Below, piece by piece: positions 38,248 to 47,314 of a stretch of 53,170 bases of DNA (the first letter of the stretch is position 1; every line of letters begins with the position of its first letter). A program made the translations under genes and the position numbers. A model generated the notes under the pieces. That model saw only the letters and a program-made list of their open reading frames with translations. It had not been told where the DNA came from and ran no database searches. The DNA lies in the IMG/VR virus record IMGVR_UViG_3300020454_000018, positions 1 through 53,170 of that record, one strand, 5' to 3'. The stretch is from a virus (taxonomy: Duplodnaviria; Caudoviricetes).

Positions 38248-39466
38248 GCAAAAGTTAAAAGCATTTGGTAGTAATATAGGGAGCACCGAAAATGAATTTG
38301 TAAAAGGTGTGGTAAGTGATGTTATTACTGATAATGAACACCCATTAGTTGAAGATGGAACAATACCTTTTGGTAGAATAGGATATATACGATTTGTACC
38401 AATGGGTGCATTATTTATGTCTGCTGATAATGGATTCTTTGCGGCTCCGTTTGATAAAAATCAAATAACCTTACCATTAAAAAATGAAAGAGTAGATATT
38501 TTAAAAACTACAAGTGGATATACCTATAGAAGAGGTAACGGAAACCTATCACCAAATACAGATGGTGTGGGTGATACTTTAGCTAAGTTATTTAGAACCT
38601 TTAGTGATGATGATTCAGCAAACTCATCAGAATATCAATCAACTTCAAACACTGGTATATCAAATAAAAAAGATTCGGGTAATGATGAATCATCAGGTTT
38701 TGGTGATAACTTTGAACCACAAAACGAAAATATTCATCCATTAAAATTATTTGAGGGTGATACAATTATGCAAAGTAGATTCGGTCAATCTATACGATTA
38801 AGCGGATACAATAATTCTGAACAAAAACTACATCCATCGATTATTATCAGAAATAGAGAAAATGATTTATCTCAAACTAACTTAGAATTGGCAGAGCAAG
38901 CAGAAGAAGATGTAAACAGAGATGGTTCTATAATATCAATGACATCTGGTGAATTTAAATTAGATTATCAGCCAGGTATTATTGATGATGGTGGTTCATC
39001 TAATTTTGAACAAACTGCGGCTTCTTTTGAAGATTATCCATCTGAACTAAAAGGTGACCAAATTTTAATTAATAGTGGAAGAGTAATTATATCATCCAAA
39101 GAATCTGAAATGATTTTTTATTCTAAGGGAAATTACGGATTTATTTCAGATGGCGCACTTTCTATCGATAACAAAGGTGGGATGATTGTTAATGTTGATG
39201 ATGATGTGGATTACATAACAAATGGTAGTGATTACAATATTACAACCGAAACTGGTGAAATACATTTAGGTAATGGTTCAGATGAAGAACCATTGGTACT
39301 GGGTGATACCTTAGTAGAATTATTAAATCAACTCTGTACGGAATTACAGAAAATGAATCATCCAACACCAGCAGGTCCATCAGGTCCACCAGTAAATGCA
39401 CCAGCATTCGCAAGTATCGCTGCAAAATTAAAAACAATACTCAGTAAGAAAAACTTTGTAGACTAA
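38225..39466 (+). CDS. baseplate hub/spike protein (gp5/gpV-like)
   Basis: OB-fold-like N-terminus (PLKNERV), EGDTIMQSRFGQSIR, a beta-helix-like C-terminus ending HPTPAGPSGPP, and its position before gp25/gp6. Confidence 0.65.
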   Translation: MSRKRSFRQKLKAFGSNIGSTENEFVKGVVSDVITDNEHPLVEDGTIPFGRIGYIRFVPMGALFMSADNGFFAAPFDKNQITLPLKNERVDILKTTSGYTYRRGNGNLSPNTDGVGDTLAKLFRTFSDDDSANSSEYQSTSNTGISNKKDSGNDESSGFGDNFEPQNENIHPLKLFEGDTIMQSRFGQSIRLSGYNNSEQKLHPSIIIRNRENDLSQTNLELAEQAEEDVNRDGSIISMTSGEFKLDYQPGIIDDGGSSNFEQTAASFEDYPSELKGDQILINSGRVIISSKESEMIFYSKGNYGFISDGALSIDNKGGMIVNVDDDVDYITNGSDYNITTETGEIHLGNGSDEEPLVLGDTLVELLNQLCTELQKMNHPTPAGPSGPPVNAPAFASIAAKLKTILSKKNFVD

Positions 39467-39467
39467 T

Positions 39468-40265
39468 ATGAGCTGGGGTATATTCAAGTCCAATATGAAA
39501 AGGTATATGGCTAATCCTATAGGTGTAGCTACACAACAAGCCTTTGCCAAAAAACTTACTACTGAATACGATATGTGTATGAGACGAGGTATTCAAGGAA
39601 TTAACCTATGTTCAATACAAAAAGGAAATCCTCAACTTATGGAACAATTAGTTAATGTTGCACTTGCTCAATGTTTCGCTATCCAATCACCACCTAAACC
39701 TGTTCCACTATCACCTATAATTAAAAATTTAGGTCCAGCAATCAAAGCTTATTGGGCTGGAGCGACTATGAACCCATTCCCAATCCCACCGATACCTGCG
39801 CCAGGAGCAATACAAAATATTATAGTATCCCAAAACATTTGTATAAATCCGGGCATGTGGGTAGTACAATTTCCACTACCACCTGTTTTATCACAAAACT
39901 TCTTTATTGATATTTTTGTATTAGCAGCACAAATACATTTACTTACCTTAAAAGGAATGATTTATACTACATCACTTTATCCATCAGCACCATCCCCAAT
40001 ACCAGGACCTGGTGTGATAGCTTGGAGTATGTATGTAATACCTGGTGGAAGAATAGGTAGTGGTGATGATGACGATGATGAAAATACATCAATAGTATCT
40101 GACTGGCAACCATTAGGTAACGAACTACCATCTACTGTAATACCAAAAAGATTTAGTCCAAATTCAGTATATAATACTGGAGATGTTATAGAATCAGGTG
40201 GTAACTTTTATTTAGCACAAAATCCTGAAAAAAATGGGGAAAGGTGTTGGAATATCCCATTCTAA
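39468..40265 (+). CDS. putative virion protein, Pro-rich, with small C-terminal CBM-like motif
   Basis: Baseplate context; FSPNSVYNTGDVIESGGNFYLA. Confidence 0.55.
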   Translation: MSWGIFKSNMKRYMANPIGVATQQAFAKKLTTEYDMCMRRGIQGINLCSIQKGNPQLMEQLVNVALAQCFAIQSPPKPVPLSPIIKNLGPAIKAYWAGATMNPFPIPPIPAPGAIQNIIVSQNICINPGMWVVQFPLPPVLSQNFFIDIFVLAAQIHLLTLKGMIYTTSLYPSAPSPIPGPGVIAWSMYVIPGGRIGSGDDDDDENTSIVSDWQPLGNELPSTVIPKRFSPNSVYNTGDVIESGGNFYLAQNPEKNGERCWNIPF

Positions 40266-40286
40266 CGACTAAAATATTATTAATGT

Positions 40287-40295
40287 ATATTTATA
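40287..40295 (+). promoter_or_regulatory. putative late promoter ATATTTATA
   Basis: Intergenic, before ATG 40315. Confidence 0.55.
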
Positions 40296-40314
40296 TTAAA
40301 CAAACAATAAAATT

Positions 40315-40869
40315 ATGAATTCAAAAAAATTAGTAAAAGTAATTAAGACGTTAGTAGAAGCAGAAGTTGCTAAAAAGCACGAAGTTTTTATGAAAAAAAC
40401 TTTTCCTAAAATTTTAGAGGAAGCTGTAAATGCTAAAATGAAAAATATTGTTTCAAATACAGAAGAAGAAACTGATGCATTTTCATTAGCAAACGCAGTG
40501 TTAGAAGAAGATAGAAAAACTTCTAAACCAGCTATTGAAAAACAAACATATACTAAGAACCCTATGTTAAATCAGGCACTTAATGAAACTCTTCAAAGTG
40601 GAATGACTGATACGATGGATAAAACAGTTACATTTGGTACACACAATGTAGCGGCTGCTGGTGGTGGAACACCTGTAGGACAAAGTAGTATCCAAACATT
40701 CAGACAAGAAATGGCATCTAAGATGGGATTACAACCAGCTGGCCAACAATCATCTCCACAACCAAATGGATTAGGAGTAACAACTGGAGTACCTGGTTTA
40801 GATAAGATTCTTAACAGAGATAATTCAGAGCTTGTAAAAGCGATGACTAGAAAAGGAATAGGAGCATAG
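40315..40869 (+). CDS. hypothetical structural-module protein
   Basis: 184-aa ORF before gp25. Confidence 0.7.
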   Translation: MNSKKLVKVIKTLVEAEVAKKHEVFMKKTFPKILEEAVNAKMKNIVSNTEEETDAFSLANAVLEEDRKTSKPAIEKQTYTKNPMLNQALNETLQSGMTDTMDKTVTFGTHNVAAAGGGTPVGQSSIQTFRQEMASKMGLQPAGQQSSPQPNGLGVTTGVPGLDKILNRDNSELVKAMTRKGIGA

Positions 40870-40870
40870 A

Positions 40871-41302
40871 ATGGCTTATGAGTTGAATAAAAAGATTGTA
40901 ATTGATACTGAAGAGTTTAATAACTATGCAGTAGGTATCACCTTACCAATACAAAGAGGTGAGGATGGATACTTTAGACAATCTTTTAAAACATTCGACC
41001 AAGTTCGTTCTAACCTAAAGAATTTATTACTTACAAAAAAAGGTGAAAGAATATTTCAGCCAGATTTTGGAAGTGGGTTACATGATTTGTTATTTAATCC
41101 AGCAACAGAGAAATTTGAAGAGGATTTGGAAAATACAATAAATGATGCAGTAGCAAAATGGTTACCCTATGTTATTGTAGAAGATATTAATATTGATATA
41201 ACTAAAGAAATGACTGATAATAATCAAGCAAAAGTATCTTTAAAATTTAAACAAGAGGGAGACCAAACATTGGATACTTTAACATTTTTGGTAGAGGAAT
41301 AA
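40871..41302 (+). CDS. baseplate wedge subunit, gp25/GPW family
   Basis: NLKNLLLTKKGERIFQPDFGSGL...WLP. Confidence 0.92.
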   Translation: MAYELNKKIVIDTEEFNNYAVGITLPIQRGEDGYFRQSFKTFDQVRSNLKNLLLTKKGERIFQPDFGSGLHDLLFNPATEKFEEDLENTINDAVAKWLPYVIVEDINIDITKEMTDNNQAKVSLKFKQEGDQTLDTLTFLVEE

Positions 41303-41303
41303 T

Positions 41304-43355
41304 ATGGCACTTAATAATCAAATAAAAAGTTTTAAGGATAAAGGTAGAGATATAAAATACCTTAATAAAGATTTTGTTGATTTTAGAACAAATCTAATTG
41401 AATTTGCTAAAACTTATTTTCCAACAACATATAATGATTTTAACGAATCATCGCCAGGTATGATGTTTATTGAAATGGCATCTTATATTGGTGATGTATT
41501 AGGATACTATATTGATGATACTTTTAAAGAATCCTTAATTACTACTGCTGAAGATAAAGAAAATATATTTGAATTAGCAAGAATGATGGGATATAAACCA
41601 AAGGTAACATCTCCATCTACAACTAAGTTAAGTGTGTTCCAATTAATACCATCAAGAAGATTAACAAATCCTATATCATCAGGAGATTTAGCATTTGAAC
41701 CTGATACTGATTATTACCTAAGAGTAAAAGAAGGAATGGAAGTGGATGCAGATGGAATACAATTTAGAACAACTGAGTTGTTAGATTTTGCTGATGCAGA
41801 TGGTAGAGAAATAACTGTATATGAAAGAGATTCAGATACAAATAATCCTAAATTTTATTTAGTAAAAAAATATGTTGATGTTATCTCTGCTGAAGAAAAA
41901 CAAATTGAAATCACATTTGGTACAACTCAAGATGAATACGCTAGAATAGATATACCTGATAATAATGTTATAGGAATCTATGATGTAAGAGATGGTAATA
42001 ACAACAAATATTATCAAGTACCATATTTAGGACAAGAAATGGTTTATGTTGAGTACTCTAATAGTGAAGCACAAGACAAAGATTTATTTCAATTTAGAGA
42101 TTCAGTAGCATCTATTCTTAAATTAATTAAAACACCAAGAAGATTTAAAGTTATTACAAACTCAAATGGTTCTACTACAATACAATTTGGTAGTGGTGAT
42201 GGTGGAAAAAATGATGAACTATTAATTCCTACATTTAAAAATGTTGGTTTGGGGCTTACCAATTCAATTGATAAATTAGGTCAATCATTTGACCCATCTA
42301 ACTTTTTACTTACTAAATCATATGGACAATCTCCAAAAAATACTACGATGGTTGTAAAATATTTAGTAGGTGGTGGTGTTAAAGCAAATGTACAACAAAA
42401 TAAAATTCAAAGAATTACCAAAGTATCATTTGACGAAGATTTATCAGCATTTGATGATGGAGCTAGAAATCTATATTCTACTGTAAAAAATTCATTAGCA
42501 GTTGATAATGAACAACCAGCTACAGGTGGTAGAGGAGCAGAAACATTAGAAGAGATAAGAGAAAATGCTATAGCAAACTTCGGTTCACAAAACAGAGCAG
42601 TAACATCTAGAGATTATCAAGTTAGAGCATTATCTATGCCACCTAAGTTTGGTAATATTACAAAAGCATTTTGTGCAGCTGATGGTCAATTGGATGATAA
42701 TTCACCAGGTTCAATATTAGCTTCACCATCTGCACTAAATGAATTTTCAAAATTAGTACAGGACTTACAAGCTGATGGTAAAAATACTGATAAACAAATT
42801 AAAGAACAAGTATCTAAATTTTTATCGAATAAAAAATCTAATGTAAAAGAAAAAAATAATCCGTTTGCAGTAAACTTATATGTGTTAGGATATGATTCAA
42901 ATAAAAAATTAACTTCTCTTAACAGAGCTATAAAAGAAAATCTAAAAACATATCTTAATGAATTTAGAATGTTAACTGATGGAGTAAATCTCTTAGATGG
43001 ATTTATTATCAACATTGGTTTAGATTTCGAAATAAGAGTATATAGAGATTATAATAAAAGAGAAGTGTTAACAAACTGTATAACAGCAATAAAAGATTAT
43101 TTTGAAATTGATAAATGGACATTTAACATGCCAATAAACATAAGTGAGGTTGAGATGTTAATTGGAAATATAGAAGGAGTACAATCCGTAGTAAAAACTG
43201 AGTTTAAAAACTTATGTGGAGGTACTTCAGGTTATTCACCAAATTCATATGATATTACTGGGGCAACGAAAAATAAACAAATTTATCCTTCATTAGACCC
43301 ATCGATATTTGAATTTAAATACCCAGATAGGGACATAAGAGGAAGAGTAGTATAA
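41304..43355 (+). CDS. baseplate wedge protein, T4 gp6/baseplate J-like
   Basis: KDFVDFRTNLI...DFNESSPG, GYKP, IQFGSG, ATGG and QNRAVTSRDY. Confidence 0.9.
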   Translation: MALNNQIKSFKDKGRDIKYLNKDFVDFRTNLIEFAKTYFPTTYNDFNESSPGMMFIEMASYIGDVLGYYIDDTFKESLITTAEDKENIFELARMMGYKPKVTSPSTTKLSVFQLIPSRRLTNPISSGDLAFEPDTDYYLRVKEGMEVDADGIQFRTTELLDFADADGREITVYERDSDTNNPKFYLVKKYVDVISAEEKQIEITFGTTQDEYARIDIPDNNVIGIYDVRDGNNNKYYQVPYLGQEMVYVEYSNSEAQDKDLFQFRDSVASILKLIKTPRRFKVITNSNGSTTIQFGSGDGGKNDELLIPTFKNVGLGLTNSIDKLGQSFDPSNFLLTKSYGQSPKNTTMVVKYLVGGGVKANVQQNKIQRITKVSFDEDLSAFDDGARNLYSTVKNSLAVDNEQPATGGRGAETLEEIRENAIANFGSQNRAVTSRDYQVRALSMPPKFGNITKAFCAADGQLDDNSPGSILASPSALNEFSKLVQDLQADGKNTDKQIKEQVSKFLSNKKSNVKEKNNPFAVNLYVLGYDSNKKLTSLNRAIKENLKTYLNEFRMLTDGVNLLDGFIINIGLDFEIRVYRDYNKREVLTNCITAIKDYFEIDKWTFNMPINISEVEMLIGNIEGVQSVVKTEFKNLCGGTSGYSPNSYDITGATKNKQIYPSLDPSIFEFKYPDRDIRGRVV

Positions 43356-44413
43356 TGTATTATTTTTTAACCGCATCAAAAGACGCTACGATATTCCAAC
43401 AACAACCAACACAAAATACTGGGTTGGATGAGATTTTGGAAGTATCTAAAGTTTACTATGGCTCACTAAAAGACATAGCAAGAACTTTGGTGAAATTTGA
43501 TACTAACACTTTATCAGCAAGCTTATCAAATGGTGATGTTACTATGAGTATAGCTGAATTAGTTTTAAGAGAAACAGAACCTACAGAAGTTCCATTATCA
43601 TATTCATTGGAAATAAATCCTATTTCACAAAGCTGGGAAATGGGAATCGGAACTAGATTTGATGATATATCATCAGAGGGATGTACTTGGAATTATAGAG
43701 CATCTGGTTCTAATTGGTTACCAACAAATGTACCTAATAGTGGTAGTGCTACTGGTTCATTTAATGGTAAAGGTGGAATGTGGTACACTGCTTCACAATC
43801 TACTCGTACTTATGATTACGAATCAAGTGATTTAATTACAGATGTATCTTCATCATTATCTTTTTGGTTAGATGGTGGATATCCGAATGAAGGATTTATT
43901 ATAAAACATAGTTCACAAAAAGAAAATAACGATATTGATTATGGTCAATTAAAATTCTTTAGTAAAGAAACTCATACAATATATCAACCAAAAATTAGAA
44001 TTGGTTGGGATGATAGTAGATATGAAACTGGTTCACTACAAACATTACCAGAAGAATACAAAATATCATTAAAAAGATTAAAAAAATCATATAAAGCCGG
44101 TGGGAGATATGATATAGAAGTATTCGCAAGAGAGTTGTATCCACAAAAAACTTTTCAAAACACATTTGGATACTCCACAGGCAGCTTACTTCCAACATCA
44201 TCTTTCTACCAAATAAGAGATTATGAAAGTAACGATATTATAATTCCTTTTGGGGATTATTCTAAACTAAGTACATATTCAAATAAAAGTAGAATAAGTT
44301 TAGATTTATCGAACTTTGAAGTTAATAGAAGTTATAAGGTAGAGTTAAAGATAGAACGAAGTGGTTCTTCTGAATACTTTGATGATGATTATATATTTGA
44401 AGTAGTTGAATAA
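43355..44413 (+). CDS. virion/baseplate-associated protein (DNRLRE/CBM-like N-terminus)
   Basis: KDATI...NTGLDEILEV...RTLVKFD...W; 13 [ST]-[GASQ]-S motifs. Confidence 0.6.
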   Translation: MYYFLTASKDATIFQQQPTQNTGLDEILEVSKVYYGSLKDIARTLVKFDTNTLSASLSNGDVTMSIAELVLRETEPTEVPLSYSLEINPISQSWEMGIGTRFDDISSEGCTWNYRASGSNWLPTNVPNSGSATGSFNGKGGMWYTASQSTRTYDYESSDLITDVSSSLSFWLDGGYPNEGFIIKHSSQKENNDIDYGQLKFFSKETHTIYQPKIRIGWDDSRYETGSLQTLPEEYKISLKRLKKSYKAGGRYDIEVFARELYPQKTFQNTFGYSTGSLLPTSSFYQIRDYESNDIIIPFGDYSKLSTYSNKSRISLDLSNFEVNRSYKVELKIERSGSSEYFDDDYIFEVVE

Positions 44414-45423
44414 TGGCATTAGAAAAAGAAGTAAGGATTGATGAACTAACCTCAAGTGGTTCAAAAGCTATAAAATCCATTGACCCATATGGAAGGCATA
44501 ACTATTTTGCCGAACAAATGAAGGAAGTAAATGGTTCTATGGATGGTGAAGTTAGTGGTAAACTGCGTAGACCAAAATACGATGAGGAACAACTACTTTT
44601 AGCAGTTGATACTGAGGTAGATGAACTCATACCTGATAAACCAAAAGATTTACCAGCCGTTGTTAGACAAGAAGATTACGATGCATTACAAAGACAGGTT
44701 GATAGATTAAACGCTGTTGTAGCTGATTTGAGGAGACAATTAGCTGATGGGCAAGCTAAAATTTCTGAACTGGAATCAACTATTGAGGGTTTAAAATCTG
44801 AATTAGATGCATCGTTACTAAGAGTTGCAGTAGCTGAAAACTCAGCAGAAGCTGCAGCTGATAAGTTTGCGCAAACTTCTATTGATTTACAACAAGCTAT
44901 TCAAAAATCTGTAGCTGAAGCTATTGAAAGAGTTTCATTAGAAGCTCAAGTAGAAGGTTTATCAGCACAGAAAGAAGCATTAGTAGCTCAAGTATCTGCA
45001 TTAGAATCGCAGGTAGCTGGTGTACAAGCTCAACTCCAAGCAGGTGCAGAATCAGCTGCTGGTAAGTGGACTGCTAATATTGTTCCTAAAGCTGAAGAAG
45101 GTAAACCTGATTTATATTATTATAGTACGAGAAAAGGAACAAGAAGTACTGGGTGGAAGAACGGACCAAATATTGATTTAACAAATGCTACTGAAGACCC
45201 AGTTACATTTACATTTCAAAGAGATGGAAGTTCTTGGTTAACACTACCACCATCAACTACAGTACAATCGGGTGAAACTAAAAAAGTAAGCTTTGGGCCG
45301 TCTGGAGATAAAGCTCTAAATGGAAAAAGAAGAAGGAAAAAAGATTACAATGGTAATGTAAAGGTTTCAGCTGCTGGTGAAACAATAACATTTAACTATC
45401 AGAATAAACACCATAAAGGATAA
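44413..45423 (+). CDS. coiled-coil virion protein with beta-rich C-terminal domain
   Basis: Long heptad region followed by an Ig-like beta segment. Confidence 0.65.
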   Translation: MALEKEVRIDELTSSGSKAIKSIDPYGRHNYFAEQMKEVNGSMDGEVSGKLRRPKYDEEQLLLAVDTEVDELIPDKPKDLPAVVRQEDYDALQRQVDRLNAVVADLRRQLADGQAKISELESTIEGLKSELDASLLRVAVAENSAEAAADKFAQTSIDLQQAIQKSVAEAIERVSLEAQVEGLSAQKEALVAQVSALESQVAGVQAQLQAGAESAAGKWTANIVPKAEEGKPDLYYYSTRKGTRSTGWKNGPNIDLTNATEDPVTFTFQRDGSSWLTLPPSTTVQSGETKKVSFGPSGDKALNGKRRRKKDYNGNVKVSAAGETITFNYQNKHHKG

Positions 45424-45425
45424 CA

Positions 45426-47312
45426 ATGGCTATAAAAAACTTTAAAGAAATATTAAATAAGGAAGCCAAGCGGGTTGATATTAAAGATAGAAAAATCTTT
45501 GAAAGAGGAAGAATGCCTGCCTTCTTTGGTAGAGGTATGACTGATACTATTGAGTTTATTCTTTATGATAATGGTAGTAATCAATTACCACAAGGAGAAA
45601 AAGGTAAATTAGTAAGGTATATTAATATTTCAGAAATAGATAATATTAGAAATTATTTATTAATTGCAAGAGGAGCAGCTTCAAATCAAGCACCAGAATA
45701 TTTTGTAGATGTAGAAAAACTAATAAATGAAGCCGGATATAAAAATGGTTTGTTTAGAACACAAATTACTTTATTAAATAAAAGAGTTGGAAGTGAGCAT
45801 TTTCAAAATAAAGTTTGGATACATGAAATATCACCATCACGAACAGAAGTTAGAGTTTTACCAGTTAAAACAGAAGATGTTTTTTTAGAAAAAGATTTAA
45901 GAGATAGATACAAAATACTTTTACAAAATGGTGAGTTTAAAGATGATATACTAAATAGATTAGATGGGTTTGTAGATTCAATTGATGCAAACGCTGTATT
46001 AAAAAAAGTACAAGCATTATATGGACAAGATTGGATTAATAATGTTAAAAGAGAATTTAAGATTCAAGATTTTAATGGGTTTATTAATGATGTAACTATA
46101 AAAGCAAAACAAGCTATAGGGTATTATATTAGTAATAGAGGATATACATTTGGTAAATCTGATTATGGTAAACCATTAATAGATGATTTACAAGCACCAA
46201 AAGGTGATAGAAAAAGAAGAAGGAGAAGAGGTAGACGAAGAAAATCAAACTCACAAAGATTAGATATTAGAACTTTACAAAAAAAATCTATGGAGATTAT
46301 TTGTGATGCTATTAGATTTCTTTTACCAAAAAGAAATTTACAAGTACCTGAAAGTCCAACACTTACAAAATTAGCAAGTAGAGATAAGATATCTACTATA
46401 CTACAAACATTTGGTACATCTAAAAAAATAGATACACAAGTAACTAAACCTGTAAGGATTACAAAACCCCTAAAAGTTGTAGCTGCTAAAATAACAACAA
46501 AACCAGTTGAAAGACCTGCTCCAACTAAACCAATTAAAATAGCACCACCAGCTAAAAAATATTATTTTTATGATGTGTATTTTAGACGAAGAGGAATCAG
46601 TAGAAAATCAGCTGTAGTAGAATACATAGATATGAGTGGTGATAAAAATTCCTTTTCAATGCCACCTGGCAAACGAGTTAAAATATGTGCATTAGAAGGA
46701 AGTGTAAACACAAAATTCCAAAAAAAGAAAGTAAGAGTAACTAAAAAAGAACTATGTGTGGTTGATACCCCAGTTCCAAAATTTGTAAGACCAAAAAGAC
46801 CACCTGTAAGAAAGGATTTGAGTAAAGAACAAATAAAAGTAGTTAAGGATTTAAATCTACCAACTCCAATTAAAACAAAAACTCAAATAAAATATGATAT
46901 TGGTATAGATGAGATAAAGGCAAATATTAAAAAATCATTTTTGGGATTACCAAAAATAAAATTTGGAGGACTTCATGCAGGAGGAAGAAGAAGAGCACCA
47001 TCTCCACCAGCACCACCAACTCGTAGAGAGACTAGGAGGAATAAAAGAAGAAGAAGGGGAAGAAAACCAGTTGTAACGATACCATCAAATAGGAGAAGAA
47101 GAAGAACAAGAAGTACTCCAAAAGTAGTATCACCACCAAGAATGTCGTTTGTACAAAGAAAAAGAAAATTAAGAGGTATATCAACTCCACCAAGACAAAA
47201 CTTTAGAAGTAGAGGAGGAGGAGGTTCTATACAGAACTTTGGTTCGGGTAGAGTTCAAAATCAGTTTACACCAGGTAACACATTTACAGGTTATAGTAGA
47301 GGAGGATATTAA
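45426..47312 (+). CDS. virion protein with Arg/Pro-rich C-terminal tail
   Basis: IHEISPSRTEVR motif, poly-Arg tracts, structural context. Confidence 0.7.
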   Translation: MAIKNFKEILNKEAKRVDIKDRKIFERGRMPAFFGRGMTDTIEFILYDNGSNQLPQGEKGKLVRYINISEIDNIRNYLLIARGAASNQAPEYFVDVEKLINEAGYKNGLFRTQITLLNKRVGSEHFQNKVWIHEISPSRTEVRVLPVKTEDVFLEKDLRDRYKILLQNGEFKDDILNRLDGFVDSIDANAVLKKVQALYGQDWINNVKREFKIQDFNGFINDVTIKAKQAIGYYISNRGYTFGKSDYGKPLIDDLQAPKGDRKRRRRRGRRRKSNSQRLDIRTLQKKSMEIICDAIRFLLPKRNLQVPESPTLTKLASRDKISTILQTFGTSKKIDTQVTKPVRITKPLKVVAAKITTKPVERPAPTKPIKIAPPAKKYYFYDVYFRRRGISRKSAVVEYIDMSGDKNSFSMPPGKRVKICALEGSVNTKFQKKKVRVTKKELCVVDTPVPKFVRPKRPPVRKDLSKEQIKVVKDLNLPTPIKTKTQIKYDIGIDEIKANIKKSFLGLPKIKFGGLHAGGRRRAPSPPAPPTRRETRRNKRRRRGRKPVVTIPSNRRRRRTRSTPKVVSPPRMSFVQRKRKLRGISTPPRQNFRSRGGGGSIQNFGSGRVQNQFTPGNTFTGYSRGGY

Positions 47313-47314
47313 TT

